Of a stretch of DNA of 64,000 nt, positions 20,437 to 30,246 are shown in pieces. Position 1 is the first letter of the stretch, and each line of letters starts with the position of its first letter. The notes under the pieces are model-generated. The model had not been told where the DNA came from. It saw nothing but the letters and a program-made list of their open reading frames with translations, and did not search any database. Both the position numbers and the translations under genes were made by a program. This DNA comes from Firmicutes bacterium CAG:884 (GTDB lineage Bacteria > Bacillota_I > Bacilli_A > RF39 > UBA660): NCBI GenBank assembly GCA_000433875.1, contig HF993347.1, forward strand, positions 22,450 to 86,449, read 5' to 3'.

Positions 20437-21177
20437 TTAAAAGAAGGAGATTATGTAAGTAGATATTCTTATAATAATGATATTGTTTTTGTAATTGTAA
20501 AAATAGAAGACAATAACTATATTTTAAAAGGAGCGAATGAAAGATTAGTAGCAGATGCCCCAATAGAAGACTTAAAAAAAGAAGAAGGTCGTGGTGAAGA
20601 ATTTGCAGCAAGAAAACCATCACTTGAAGAGCGCGAAGACTATTTTTATATGCCAGGCAAAATATTGCACATAGATGCCGATTTAGATTATCTAAATAGA
20701 TGTTTAAAATACTATAAGGAAGCAAGTATTTGGGCAACAGGAAAATGTATTAACGAAAATGAAATAAAATTTAAAATAAAAGATCTAATAACTGAATTCA
20801 ATCCTAATATTGTTGTTATAACCGGTCATGATGCTTATAATAAGCAAAAAAACATCTACAAAAATAGCAAAAACTTTATTGAAGCCGTAAGAGAAGCAAG
20901 GAATTGTGAAAAAAGTCACGAAAAACTTATAATTATAGCAGGTGCTTGTCAATCTGACTATGAAGAACTAATAAAAGCAGGCGCTAATTTTGCATCAAGC
21001 CCTAAAAGAATAAATATTCACGCTCTTGATCCGGCAATAATTGCAACCAATATAAGTATGTCAGATGCAACAAAAGAAATAAATCTTAAAGAAATACTTG
21101 ATCACACTAAATACGGAAGTGATGGTATTGGCGGAATTATAACAAAAGGAACTATGTATACGGGGTATCCACGATGA
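20434..21177 (+). CDS. yabG: Sporulation-specific protease YabG
   Basis: 247 aa. YabG hallmarks KILHIDADLDYLNRCLKYY and NIVVITGHDAY. Followed by veg, as in the B. subtilis yabG-veg region. Confidence 0.7.
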   Translation: MLKEGDYVSRYSYNNDIVFVIVKIEDNNYILKGANERLVADAPIEDLKKEEGRGEEFAARKPSLEEREDYFYMPGKILHIDADLDYLNRCLKYYKEASIWATGKCINENEIKFKIKDLITEFNPNIVVITGHDAYNKQKNIYKNSKNFIEAVREARNCEKSHEKLIIIAGACQSDYEELIKAGANFASSPKRINIHALDPAIIATNISMSDATKEINLKEILDHTKYGSDGIGGIITKGTMYTGYPR

Positions 21178-21386
21178 TTGAAAATGTAAAAAACAACATT
21201 GAGGAATTAATTGGAAAAGAAGCAACAATAAAATATAGTTTGGGAAGAAACAAATACGAAAAATATAGTGGAATTATTAAAGAAACATACAGTAAAATTT
21301 TTTTATTTGAAACAAACGGAATAAAAAAATCATTCTCTTATGCTGATGTATTAACAAAAAATGTTAAAATAAGTATAAAAACTTAA
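21174..21386 (+). CDS. veg: Veg protein (biofilm/sporulation-associated small DNA-binding protein)
   Basis: …KKSFSYADVLTKNVKISI matches the Veg C-terminus (…SYSYADILTKTVEL…). 70 aa. 4-nt overlap with yabG. Confidence 0.8.
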   Translation: MIENVKNNIEELIGKEATIKYSLGRNKYEKYSGIIKETYSKIFLFETNGIKKSFSYADVLTKNVKISIKT

Positions 21387-21499
21387 TAATTTTGTACTAA
21401 TTTATCCTAATTTACAAAAAACAATTGCCTTTTTTTCCCATTTTTGATATATTATTATTGTATAGGATACTAATCCATACTTGGAGGGAGAGATAATCA

Positions 21500-21796
21500 A
21501 TGGAAATAACAGAAGTAAATGTATACCTTGCTAAAGAGGATAATCCAAAATTAAAAGCTTTTGCAGAAGTAAAAATTAATAATGGATTAAGAATTACAGG
21601 AATGCGCATTATTAATGGTAAAAATGGATTATTCGTAGCAATGCCAGATCGCAGAGAAAACAGAAGAGAAGAAGGAGAAGAAGGATATCAAAAACATCAC
21701 GATATCGTCCATCCATTGAATCAAGAAGTTAGAGATATGTTCACAAAAGCAATCTTAGATAAATACTACGAAGAAGTTGAAAAAGCAAATGAATAA
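21500..21796 (+). CDS. spoVG: Septation/sporulation regulator SpoVG
   Basis: MEITEVNVYLAKEDNPKLKAFAEVKINNGLRITGMRIINGKNGLFVAMP closely matches B. subtilis SpoVG (MEVTDVRLRR…IRVIDGNNGLFVAMP). Strong RBS GGAGGGAG. Confidence 0.9.
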   Translation: MEITEVNVYLAKEDNPKLKAFAEVKINNGLRITGMRIINGKNGLFVAMPDRRENRREEGEEGYQKHHDIVHPLNQEVRDMFTKAILDKYYEEVEKANE

Positions 21797-21845
21797 GGAC
21801 TATAAGTCCTTTTTTTTATAAAAAAATTCCTATTTCTAGGAATTA
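21797..21845. terminator. Back-to-back terminator hairpins (bidirectional): spoVG terminator and terminator of the minus-strand locus
   Basis: GGACT-ATA-AGTCC followed by T8 (+ strand). AATTCCTA-TTTC-TAGGAATT, an 8-bp stem followed on the minus strand by T7. Confidence 0.55.
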
Positions 21846-22574
21846 AAACTTATTTCTGTTTTCATATACTTTCTTTACATAAACATACATAAAGTATCCA
21901 ATAACAACTAAAACTAAAAATATAATAACTAAATATACAATAGTCATATTAACCTTTGTTCCAATTGTTTTCATATTTAAAGCATAAACATCATTTGAAT
22001 TATACTTTAATAATATTTCTTTTTCTTTAGTATCTTTATCTATATACCAAGTATAGATATTTTTATTTTTATCAACACTATCAGCATTATTTTCGATAAC
22101 TTTATAAGGAAGTTCAACATTAATTGTACTATCCTCTATAACCATTCCAAGCATTTCATATCTTTCTTCTACTTTTGAACGATTTAAACCTTTAGCATTT
22201 ATAGTAACAATATTATTATCAACATCGACACTAAAATCATCATATATATACTTAATTAATAAATTGTAATTATAAGAAGTTGGTCCATCATATTTTCTTG
22301 ATACTCTAACACCTTCATAGTTTTTAGAAACGATATCAGTCATTTTATAATTTGAATAGCCAAGCTTATTTAAATAACTATAAGCATCAGCTCTTAAATC
22401 AGCACCAAAATCAAAAGTAGTTTCACCAAGTTCATCTTTAGCAGTAGATCCGCCAGGAAAATACTGAGCTAAATCAGCACTTTCAACAAACTTATTATCA
22501 TTAGTAATTTTCAAACTATAATCAATTTTACAGCCTGTAAGAAGAAGGCATAAAATAACTATTATTATTTTCAT
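21843..22574 (-). CDS. Lipoprotein with C-terminal TM anchor (last gene of the long minus-strand locus)
   Basis: Lipobox LLTGC. C-terminal hydrophobic helix then KKVYENRNKF. 4-nt overlap with the hydrolase gene upstream. Confidence 0.5.
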   Translation of the reverse strand: MKIIIVILCLLLTGCKIDYSLKITNDNKFVESADLAQYFPGGSTAKDELGETTFDFGADLRADAYSYLNKLGYSNYKMTDIVSKNYEGVRVSRKYDGPTSYNYNLLIKYIYDDFSVDVDNNIVTINAKGLNRSKVEERYEMLGMVIEDSTINVELPYKVIENNADSVDKNKNIYTWYIDKDTKEKEILLKYNSNDVYALNMKTIGTKVNMTIVYLVIIFLVLVVIGYFMYVYVKKVYENRNKF

Positions 22575-25500
22575 TTCAAATATCCCCTCTTCTCTATTTC
22601 AGACATTCTTATAACACTTGTAAATGAATGCTTGCCATCGCTTTCATATCTTCCTGTATCAATATTTATTGTTGAATATTTAACACCAGGATCACCACCT
22701 GAGCAATGAAGTATAACTATTGTTCTATTTTGTAAATCAACTTTATAAACAATACCGATATGTGAATATTTTTGCGGTTCGGTTTCACCAGCATAAACGG
22801 TTCCTGATTTATGATATAAAACATCACCTGGATTAATTAGCCCGCTTTCAACATATTTTGCAAGTGGTACACCATGTATTGGTTTATCATTTTCTTTATC
22901 AAATTCAACATAACAAGATTCTCCATTTTCACCACAAGTTAATTTCTTTTTTTCAATATATTCTTGCATAAATTGATATGTAAAGCCTCTAAACTTATGT
23001 TCTGTAGCATAATCATTAGGGAATGTAAAGTATCCATTAATAAATGCCCATCTTATATATTCGACACAATCAAGACCTATTTTTGGAAATCTTTCATACC
23101 TAGGATTAGTTTCTTGTTGACCCCAATTAGGATTAACACCAAGTTGACGCCACATACCACCTAATTGATAAGGTAAATTTATATCTTTTGTTTCATTACT
23201 ATGAACATATAACCAATAAGCAGCAGCAAGTACACCTTGTAATGTTCCTTTTCCATTAGCAGCAACATATTGTTCAAGAGATTGATTTAAAGCACCAGCC
23301 ATTGCATTAAATGATGAAGGATCACCAGAAATGTTTCCATCTTTATCTTTAATCGCACCAATTGTATTCATATTACGCCAAGAAGTAGCATTAAAATTTT
23401 CGCCATAAAAGAATTTTAATAATTCATATTGGTCAACAAAATACCAATTGTTTGCAAGATAAGATGCAACATTATATACAAGCCCTACATTTCCAGATAT
23501 AGTATAATTTGCAAAATTATCATCATACGGAATCATAACTTTGTGAGTATCATCATTATATAAATATCCAAGTTCATATGTAATAATTTTATTTCCTTTT
23601 GACTCCTTTACAGTTCCATCTTTACCAACATAAGTATATTCGGTTGGTGTAATATAACCATCAGCATCAACTAATAACTGTTCCTTAGTTGCATTGATAG
23701 CATCATATATTTCTTTACTTTCAGTATATGTATAATTATATTGTCCAGATGCATCTAATGTTTTGGTACCCCAACTAGTATTATTTAAAGCCCAAGTTCT
23801 TGCAGAAATAGCCATCGCATTTAAAAGATTTTTATTAACATTTAATCCCACATTATATTGAATTAACCCAGCAACATAAAAATCAACAGGAACTCTTATT
23901 GTTAAATGGCCTTTAACAGGAAGAGTAACTACACCAGTACAGCAATCAGTATAATTTGCTTCATATTCAGTTTGATCATCTAATAACTTTAACGGCGTTA
24001 CTAAATTAATTAAATTATATTTACTTGTTTCCTCAGGATCATAGAAATAATGTAATATTTGTTCATAATTCCAACCAAATTTATTTGCATAAACATCGGC
24101 TAAAACTTGTGACATTCCTCTATTGTGACCAGTAAAGTTTGAATAATCTTCTTCAGGATTATCTGTGTGACCGATATCAACACGACCTTCCTTAATTTCA
24201 CTAGGCGCAACTGGAATTGTCCTAAATGTATTATTTGCTTTTTCGTGCGGTAATATATTAACACTTATTGTTGAACAATCCCCAACAATACTCTTTACAT
24301 TTGCTTGATTTCTAAATTGTCTTGGAACAGATGTTGAACCACAATAATAAGGCGTTCCACCATTTTTACACTTACTTGCGGCCTTTTGCGCTTGTGCGGA
24401 TCCATCCTTACTAGGATTAGCAGCCATTCCAACTTTTTTATCATCATCCCCGTGACTTGCAGAACGACAAGTAACTTTACTACGACTTACATCATAATAA
24501 GGTACAAATTTGTCTACTTGTATATGAGTAACAGGATCATAAACTATTGGATTAGTACATATATATACACCTTCACAAGGGAAACTTGCATATTCTGTAA
24601 AATGTAATCCATAAGAATAAGATATTAGCATACCAGCTGTTTCTCTAGCAGCAAGCATATTAATTATATCATCACGATTTTTTGTAGTATCAATCTTAAA
24701 GTGTGTTTGGAAATCTTCACTATTTGGAACAATTTCACCAGAAGTACAATATTTTGTTCTATGAACATACTCATTTCGAGCAGCTATAGCCTGAGCTTTT
24801 AAAGCTTCAAAATTAGATCCAGTTGACATTTCATGACTAACAACGCCGGCTACATAAGTTTCCAAATCCATAGTTGAATATGGACCACTATAAGCATCCT
24901 CACCATCATATACTTTAACTACACACTCATTTTTATTTGTAAAAGTATAACTAGGATATACAGAATATAGATATTCTTTTAAAGATTTAGGTTCATATGT
25001 AAGAATAGATACCCCATCACATTGCGCAAATAAAAGTGAAGGATCATATCGTTTATTTCCAGAGACTAATTGATAATGTAAGTGATAACCAGATGAACAT
25101 CCAGTTGTTCCTTCAACACCAATTTTTTGTCCTTTCGTAACCTTTTCTCCAGGTTTAACACTAATGCTTTCCATATGCATATAGTATGAATAATATGTTT
25201 TACCGCCTAATTCGTGCTTTATACGAACGTAATTACCATTACTTCTACTATCCATTTTTCCACTTGAATCAACACAAGCTCCACCATTCCATTGATTAAA
25301 AATGTTAGGAATGCCATCTACTACTACATCAACAACTCCATCATAAACAGCTATTAAAGTTCTATCGTTAGCATAAGCATCAATTGCATAATGGGAATAG
25401 CCATTTCTATTAGCAGTAAATTGACTTGAAATACTACATTTAGCATTTAAATTAAATGGTGAAGTAAAGTTTTGTTTAACTTCTTCTGGTAATTGATATT

Positions 25501-26830
25501 CTGTTTGCGTTGTTGTTAGCGAATCACCATTAGAAAAATTAATTGTATCAATAACATCGTTATAGTAATAACTTGCAAATTCATTTCGATTATTATAAAT
25601 AGCATATGCTATCTCTATATTATTTTCTCTTTTGTTTGTTGAATTACAATCAAGACATTCAATATAATTTTCTGGAATATATTCATTCAATAAATATTTA
25701 GCGAATGTTTCATAATTCATATATTTTTGTACATAGTGAACTAAATAATTACTTCCACAATTCATATTAGGATCATATTCACTTGTGTCATAATAATCAC
25801 TAAACGTACCATTTTGTCTCATTGTATCTAATCTTTTCTTTAATTGTTGAGCATACCATCTTACAGTTTGCGTGTTATCATCTCTATAACCATTAATAGG
25901 TGCTCCAGAATAATATAATGTTTCATATCTAATAATTGTAGAATCGAGCACATCATATGTTACAGCGCCGTGTTTAGTTTGACCACTTATTTGAGCATTT
26001 GACAAATAACCTTTTTTATCAGTAACACAAGTACTAATTACCTTAGAACCAACTAAATTACCAGCAAGTCCTCTCATTTCTGGATCAGGTATACCAGTAT
26101 CAATTCCTAAAGAAATATCTGCAAGTTCATAAAAACTTTTTATTTCATATACAGGTAAAGATGTATATGATCTAGAACGAGCAACACCCATATTGGACAT
26201 TGTTTTATAACCATTTATAGCACCACTTATTACATTAGCATCACTTATAAACTTATTATAATGAATTGCTGCTGCAATCATTGAAATATCAAATTCTCCT
26301 TCAGTTAAAGAGACACCATTTTCAAGTGAATAATTGTTATAATTATCAGCAATTTTCTTTAAATCAGAAAAGAATGATTCATTAGCTGTCAAAGTAGATT
26401 TATAAAATGATGATACTACGGCATTAACATGTTTTGTACCAGATGGCGAAATAAAACTTGTACTAGTTGAACCGTTTTGTGAGGTATTATCTTTAACATT
26501 ATCAGTTAAGAAGTGACCTTTCCATTTTTCATTCGTAAAAATTGTTGCAATTAGTATCACACCAAAAAGCAAAATAGAAATTAAGCCACCAATGATAAAA
26601 AATTTAATTTTTTTTAACTTTCCTAAAAAGCCTAAACCAATTAAACCTTTTTTATTAGTAGTCGCTCCGCCTTCTGCAATACCAGAAGCACCTTCTTCAA
26701 TCTCTTCATACTTATTAACCATATCCGGATTATTTACAAAAGCTTGTTCATCATTTGTTAAATTTCCAGTAGTTTGTATTCTATTTTGATTATTTCGTAA
26801 TCTATTTATAGCATCATTATCTCGATTCAT
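22571..26830 (-). CDS. Giant (1419 aa) membrane-anchored peptidoglycan hydrolase: SpoIID/LytB-like lytic transglycosylase + M23 endopeptidase + NlpC/P60 domains
   Basis: N-terminal TM (FFIIGGLISILLFGVILIATIF). SpoIID-like segment METYVAGVVSHEMSTGSNFEALKAQAIAARNEY. M23 segment GNYVRIKHELGGKTYYSYYMHMESISVKPGEKVTKGQKIGVEGTTGCSSGYHLHYQL. C-terminal NlpC/P60-like segment GLDCVEYIRWAF…HIGIVYKV…ILHCSGG. Confidence 0.75.
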   Translation of the reverse strand: MNRDNDAINRLRNNQNRIQTTGNLTNDEQAFVNNPDMVNKYEEIEEGASGIAEGGATTNKKGLIGLGFLGKLKKIKFFIIGGLISILLFGVILIATIFTNEKWKGHFLTDNVKDNTSQNGSTSTSFISPSGTKHVNAVVSSFYKSTLTANESFFSDLKKIADNYNNYSLENGVSLTEGEFDISMIAAAIHYNKFISDANVISGAINGYKTMSNMGVARSRSYTSLPVYEIKSFYELADISLGIDTGIPDPEMRGLAGNLVGSKVISTCVTDKKGYLSNAQISGQTKHGAVTYDVLDSTIIRYETLYYSGAPINGYRDDNTQTVRWYAQQLKKRLDTMRQNGTFSDYYDTSEYDPNMNCGSNYLVHYVQKYMNYETFAKYLLNEYIPENYIECLDCNSTNKRENNIEIAYAIYNNRNEFASYYYNDVIDTINFSNGDSLTTTQTEYQLPEEVKQNFTSPFNLNAKCSISSQFTANRNGYSHYAIDAYANDRTLIAVYDGVVDVVVDGIPNIFNQWNGGACVDSSGKMDSRSNGNYVRIKHELGGKTYYSYYMHMESISVKPGEKVTKGQKIGVEGTTGCSSGYHLHYQLVSGNKRYDPSLLFAQCDGVSILTYEPKSLKEYLYSVYPSYTFTNKNECVVKVYDGEDAYSGPYSTMDLETYVAGVVSHEMSTGSNFEALKAQAIAARNEYVHRTKYCTSGEIVPNSEDFQTHFKIDTTKNRDDIINMLAARETAGMLISYSYGLHFTEYASFPCEGVYICTNPIVYDPVTHIQVDKFVPYYDVSRSKVTCRSASHGDDDKKVGMAANPSKDGSAQAQKAASKCKNGGTPYYCGSTSVPRQFRNQANVKSIVGDCSTISVNILPHEKANNTFRTIPVAPSEIKEGRVDIGHTDNPEEDYSNFTGHNRGMSQVLADVYANKFGWNYEQILHYFYDPEETSKYNLINLVTPLKLLDDQTEYEANYTDCCTGVVTLPVKGHLTIRVPVDFYVAGLIQYNVGLNVNKNLLNAMAISARTWALNNTSWGTKTLDASGQYNYTYTESKEIYDAINATKEQLLVDADGYITPTEYTYVGKDGTVKESKGNKIITYELGYLYNDDTHKVMIPYDDNFANYTISGNVGLVYNVASYLANNWYFVDQYELLKFFYGENFNATSWRNMNTIGAIKDKDGNISGDPSSFNAMAGALNQSLEQYVAANGKGTLQGVLAAAYWLYVHSNETKDINLPYQLGGMWRQLGVNPNWGQQETNPRYERFPKIGLDCVEYIRWAFINGYFTFPNDYATEHKFRGFTYQFMQEYIEKKKLTCGENGESCYVEFDKENDKPIHGVPLAKYVESGLINPGDVLYHKSGTVYAGETEPQKYSHIGIVYKVDLQNRTIVILHCSGGDPGVKYSTINIDTGRYESDGKHSFTSVIRMSEIEKRGYLK

Positions 26831-26902
26831 AATATACCACCTTTATACTAAATCTATTATAACATTTTTTTTAGAAAAAAAAAACACCTAAAAGAAAAAG
26901 CA

Positions 26903-27775
26903 TTAGATTTTTTGGTGTTCTAATGCCTTATCATTAATTGTAAAGAAACTGCGAATAGCAACTTGGTATTTTTGGTCATTTTCTAGTTTTTCTTTTAATT
27001 CTTTTAATTCTTCTAAAGTTGCTTCAGTATATAATTCTGGATTTTGAAGAAAATCAGGATCATCAAGATACTTTTCAACTTTTGAACCAGATATGTTTTT
27101 TCTAAACTTAATACCACTATTTTTATCAAGAGAATGGTTAGTTAATACTTCTTTTGGAACATTACTAAAATCAACTAATACTGGTCTATCATCTGCAAGA
27201 AACTTTCTTTCAAGTACAGTATCTTTACGCAACATTTTTCCGATAATATTTGATGAATATAAAATTTTAATATTTGATTTATCTTCATTATTTTGAGCAT
27301 TTTCATTTTTTTGTTCAATATTATTATCAACAATTCTTTCTGCAATCGTATCAGCATTTATAGCAGGAAAAGCTAATTCCTCATCTTGATCATCAACTTT
27401 CGTTGCATTTTTTTCACGAATTTTATTTTTTATATCAAGAATAACTTTCAATAGAAAATGTGTATGCCTACTAACATATTCTTTTCGTTCCTCATTTTTT
27501 TCCAATTTTCTATACTCTTTTGAAAATCTACAACAATAATATGAAACAAGGTCAGGTATAATTGATAAAGCAATAGAACTTAATGCAGCAATTAAAAACT
27601 TAACACCAAGGCTTTTTACTCCGAACACAGAAGCAATGCTTTCAACCAAGTAATAGAAACATTCTAATATTTTTTTTATTATGCCAAAACCAAACTTAAC
27701 AATACCCCATATAAACTTAAAAATTCTACCTATAAAATTAATTATATCCATAAAACTTACCCCCTTAAGTTGCAT
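26903..27775 (-). CDS. Membrane protein of the T4SS-like locus (possibly the Tn916 Orf13-position protein)
   Basis: 290 aa. 3-4 N-terminal TM helices then a charged coiled-coil tail. Confidence 0.35.
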   Translation of the reverse strand: MQLKGVSFMDIINFIGRIFKFIWGIVKFGFGIIKKILECFYYLVESIASVFGVKSLGVKFLIAALSSIALSIIPDLVSYYCCRFSKEYRKLEKNEERKEYVSRHTHFLLKVILDIKNKIREKNATKVDDQDEELAFPAINADTIAERIVDNNIEQKNENAQNNEDKSNIKILYSSNIIGKMLRKDTVLERKFLADDRPVLVDFSNVPKEVLTNHSLDKNSGIKFRKNISGSKVEKYLDDPDFLQNPELYTEATLEELKELKEKLENDQKYQVAIRSFFTINDKALEHQKI

Positions 27776-27824
27776 AAATCATATCATATATATAAAATAT
27801 AGTCAAATTAATAAAGTAAAAATT

Positions 27825-28394
27825 CTACCTTAATCTTTTAATTTTTTTAATTATTTCATCTAATTCTTTATCACAATTTAATTCTTCTTGTTTCTTCATA
27901 TTTTTCCATTTATTAGCTTTTTCATTTAATGAACTAATAATAGATCTATAAATAAAAACATCATTCTTATCAAGCATCTTAAGCAATTTAACAACATTTT
28001 CTTTAGATATTTGATTACCACCATCAAAATAATTAATTGGTAATAAAGATGAATTAATCACATTACTAAAAAGGGTAGATTCGTAATATTTATCACCAGA
28101 AACCAAATCAATCCATTTTCTATCACTAGATGTAGATTCTAAATCATATTCAACTATAATAGGAAATGATTTTAATGTTCCTTTTTTTCCATTATAATTT
28201 AAGTTTAAAATACATTTTTCATAACATTTATTGCGAAAATTTTTAGGAAGTAAATCCATATAAACATCTGGATACCCCTTTTCAAAACAATTATCATCAA
28301 ATAAACATTGATTTTTTTTGTTGGGATCATCTTCAAAAAAATAATAATTTTTTATAAAATCATATAAACTTGCTAAATAATAATTTTTACTCAT
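27825..28394 (-). CDS. Hypothetical cytoplasmic protein within the T4SS-like locus
   Basis: 189 aa ORF with RBS GGAGG upstream. No motif recognised. Confidence 0.35.
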   Translation of the reverse strand: MSKNYYLASLYDFIKNYYFFEDDPNKKNQCLFDDNCFEKGYPDVYMDLLPKNFRNKCYEKCILNLNYNGKKGTLKSFPIIVEYDLESTSSDRKWIDLVSGDKYYESTLFSNVINSSLLPINYFDGGNQISKENVVKLLKMLDKNDVFIYRSIISSLNEKANKWKNMKKQEELNCDKELDEIIKKIKRLR

Positions 28395-28461
28395 AAAATA
28401 ACCTCCTTAAACAAAATTATAATTTAAAGCTTATTATAAGTCAATAAAAAGAACTATATTT

Positions 28462-30246
28462 CTATAGTCCTCCACCGCTACCAAACGAATCAAGTTCAGC
28501 ATCAGTTAATATAACATTAATTTGCATTCTTCTACTACCACATACAAGTAATGCTTCACCTTGGTTATATCTTTTAATGCCTTCTTTTTCATTGTCATTT
28601 AAATCAATTAAGAAACCTAAATCTTCAACTGCTTGTTTCTTAAGACCCATTACAAGATAATATGAAGCATTATCGAATATAGCTTTACCGTGCATTAATA
28701 CATCAGGTGCACAGAAATCACTCGGTTGTTGAGTAATTATAATAGTACCTGTATTATATTTACGACTTCTTCTTTGAACTTGCGCTAGGAATTCAGCACC
28801 AAGTGCATTATTACCACCTAATAATACGTGAGCTTCATCAACAGCTAAAACAGTATTTACACTCTTATCAAGTGTTAAACTCCAAGCATATTTTAATATA
28901 TTAAAGAATAAAGCATTTCTTATATTACTATCAGAATTCATTAATTCTCTTATATTAAATACTATAAAGTTACTATTAGGTTTAATTGTAGTATGTCCAT
29001 CAAAATAATATTTTAATTCCTTAACAATTGGTCTTATTTTTAATTCCAATTTTTCAAGAATATCTTTCTCGTGAGATCTATCAGGCATTGATAATATCTT
29101 ACCTCTTACTGTAGCATATACATCTCTAAATGTTGGATAATCTTCCGATGTAAACTTTGTAAAATCAGTATCAAAATCAATTCCAAATCTTCTATATGTT
29201 TCTTGTATCATTTCACTATAAAGTGTTAATACATCTTCTTCAATACTAGGATCATAATACTTAATAAATGCTTTTTGCGTTTGTAAAGATCTTGTTAAAA
29301 CAGTATAACCCAAACCTTCTTTTAATTCATCTTCGTCACTATCAAGTACTATTTCAAGTGGATTAATCATACCATATTCTCCACCCTTACCTAAATCAAT
29401 GAAATCGCCACCATATAAGTTAGTCATTTCCTCAAGTTCACCTTCAGGGTCAATAACAACAACCTGGTGACCATTTCTTATATTAGCTCTTAATAATAAC
29501 TTGGCAGCTGTAGATTTACCAGATCCAGATGTACCTAATATAATCATATTTGCATTATTTCTATTGTGTTCCTTTTTAATTTGATATAAGAATTGGTTAA
29601 ATAATACAACACCACCGGAGAAATCAACACCAAGTAATGTTGACATTCCAGGATCTTTTATACTATCAAATATAAACGGATACATTGCTGCAAGCGTTGG
29701 TGAAGGTATTGGTGTACCAATTCTATTTTCTACATCTTGTTTTGGATATATTGGAAGCATTGATTTAAATACACTTTCCTGTTCAAATCTCAATGGAACA
29801 GCTGATAGTTGCATAGCTTCTAAGAAGTTTTTAACTTGTAATTTCTTAGCAACTAGTTCATCTTGTGTATCAGCAGTAATCATTATATGCATTTGAAAAT
29901 CAAATATTGCAGATTGATTAGCAGCTAACATTGAAATAAAATATTCAAGAGATTCATAATCTTGTCTTATTCTTTCTTGTAAAGTTTTATCTCTTTCATC
30001 TTGATATCTCATTTTTAAGTCTGCAATTTCTTTATTTAACATTTTAGTAATAACACTAAATGGTAAAGGTAAATGTTTTATTGCAATTTTAATTCCTGAC
30101 ATACTTGTTAAATTAGAAAGGAATCCTGGATTGATAAACTTAGGATAAGATACAACAGTTAAAATTGTTGCATACTTATCACTAATTACAATTTCCGCAC
30201 TTTTAAATTCTAACCCCTTTGGAGCAAGTTGACTTTTTAATTCCAT
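28462..30246 (-). CDS. VirB4/TrsE/TcpF-like conjugation-type ATPase, ATPase portion
   Basis: Walker A ILGTSGSGKSTAAKLL. Walker B VLAVDEAHVLLGG (DEAH). Motif C TIIITQQPSD. 594 aa. Start ATG overlaps the stop of the upstream N-terminal-domain ORF (TAATG). Confidence 0.75.
   Translation of the reverse strand: MELKSQLAPKGLEFKSAEIVISDKYATILTVVSYPKFINPGFLSNLTSMSGIKIAIKHLPLPFSVITKMLNKEIADLKMRYQDERDKTLQERIRQDYESLEYFISMLAANQSAIFDFQMHIMITADTQDELVAKKLQVKNFLEAMQLSAVPLRFEQESVFKSMLPIYPKQDVENRIGTPIPSPTLAAMYPFIFDSIKDPGMSTLLGVDFSGGVVLFNQFLYQIKKEHNRNNANMIILGTSGSGKSTAAKLLLRANIRNGHQVVVIDPEGELEEMTNLYGGDFIDLGKGGEYGMINPLEIVLDSDEDELKEGLGYTVLTRSLQTQKAFIKYYDPSIEEDVLTLYSEMIQETYRRFGIDFDTDFTKFTSEDYPTFRDVYATVRGKILSMPDRSHEKDILEKLELKIRPIVKELKYYFDGHTTIKPNSNFIVFNIRELMNSDSNIRNALFFNILKYAWSLTLDKSVNTVLAVDEAHVLLGGNNALGAEFLAQVQRRSRKYNTGTIIITQQPSDFCAPDVLMHGKAIFDNASYYLVMGLKKQAVEDLGFLIDLNDNEKEGIKRYNQGEALLVCGSRRMQINVILTDAELDSFGSGGGL

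Noticed and set aside
20429-20737. 102 aa minus-strand ORF overlapping yabG
   Set aside because: Antisense to YabG with a Leu-rich artefactual translation.
21412-21609. 65 aa minus-strand ORF overlapping the spoVG promoter and 5' end
   Set aside because: Overlaps the strongly supported spoVG start and RBS; no motif.
26880-26925. AACACC…GGTGTT inverted repeat near the junction between the 26903 gene and the hydrolase gene, a possible internal terminator
   Set aside because: Only a 6-bp stem with a ~26 nt loop overlapping the stop codon; too weak to call.
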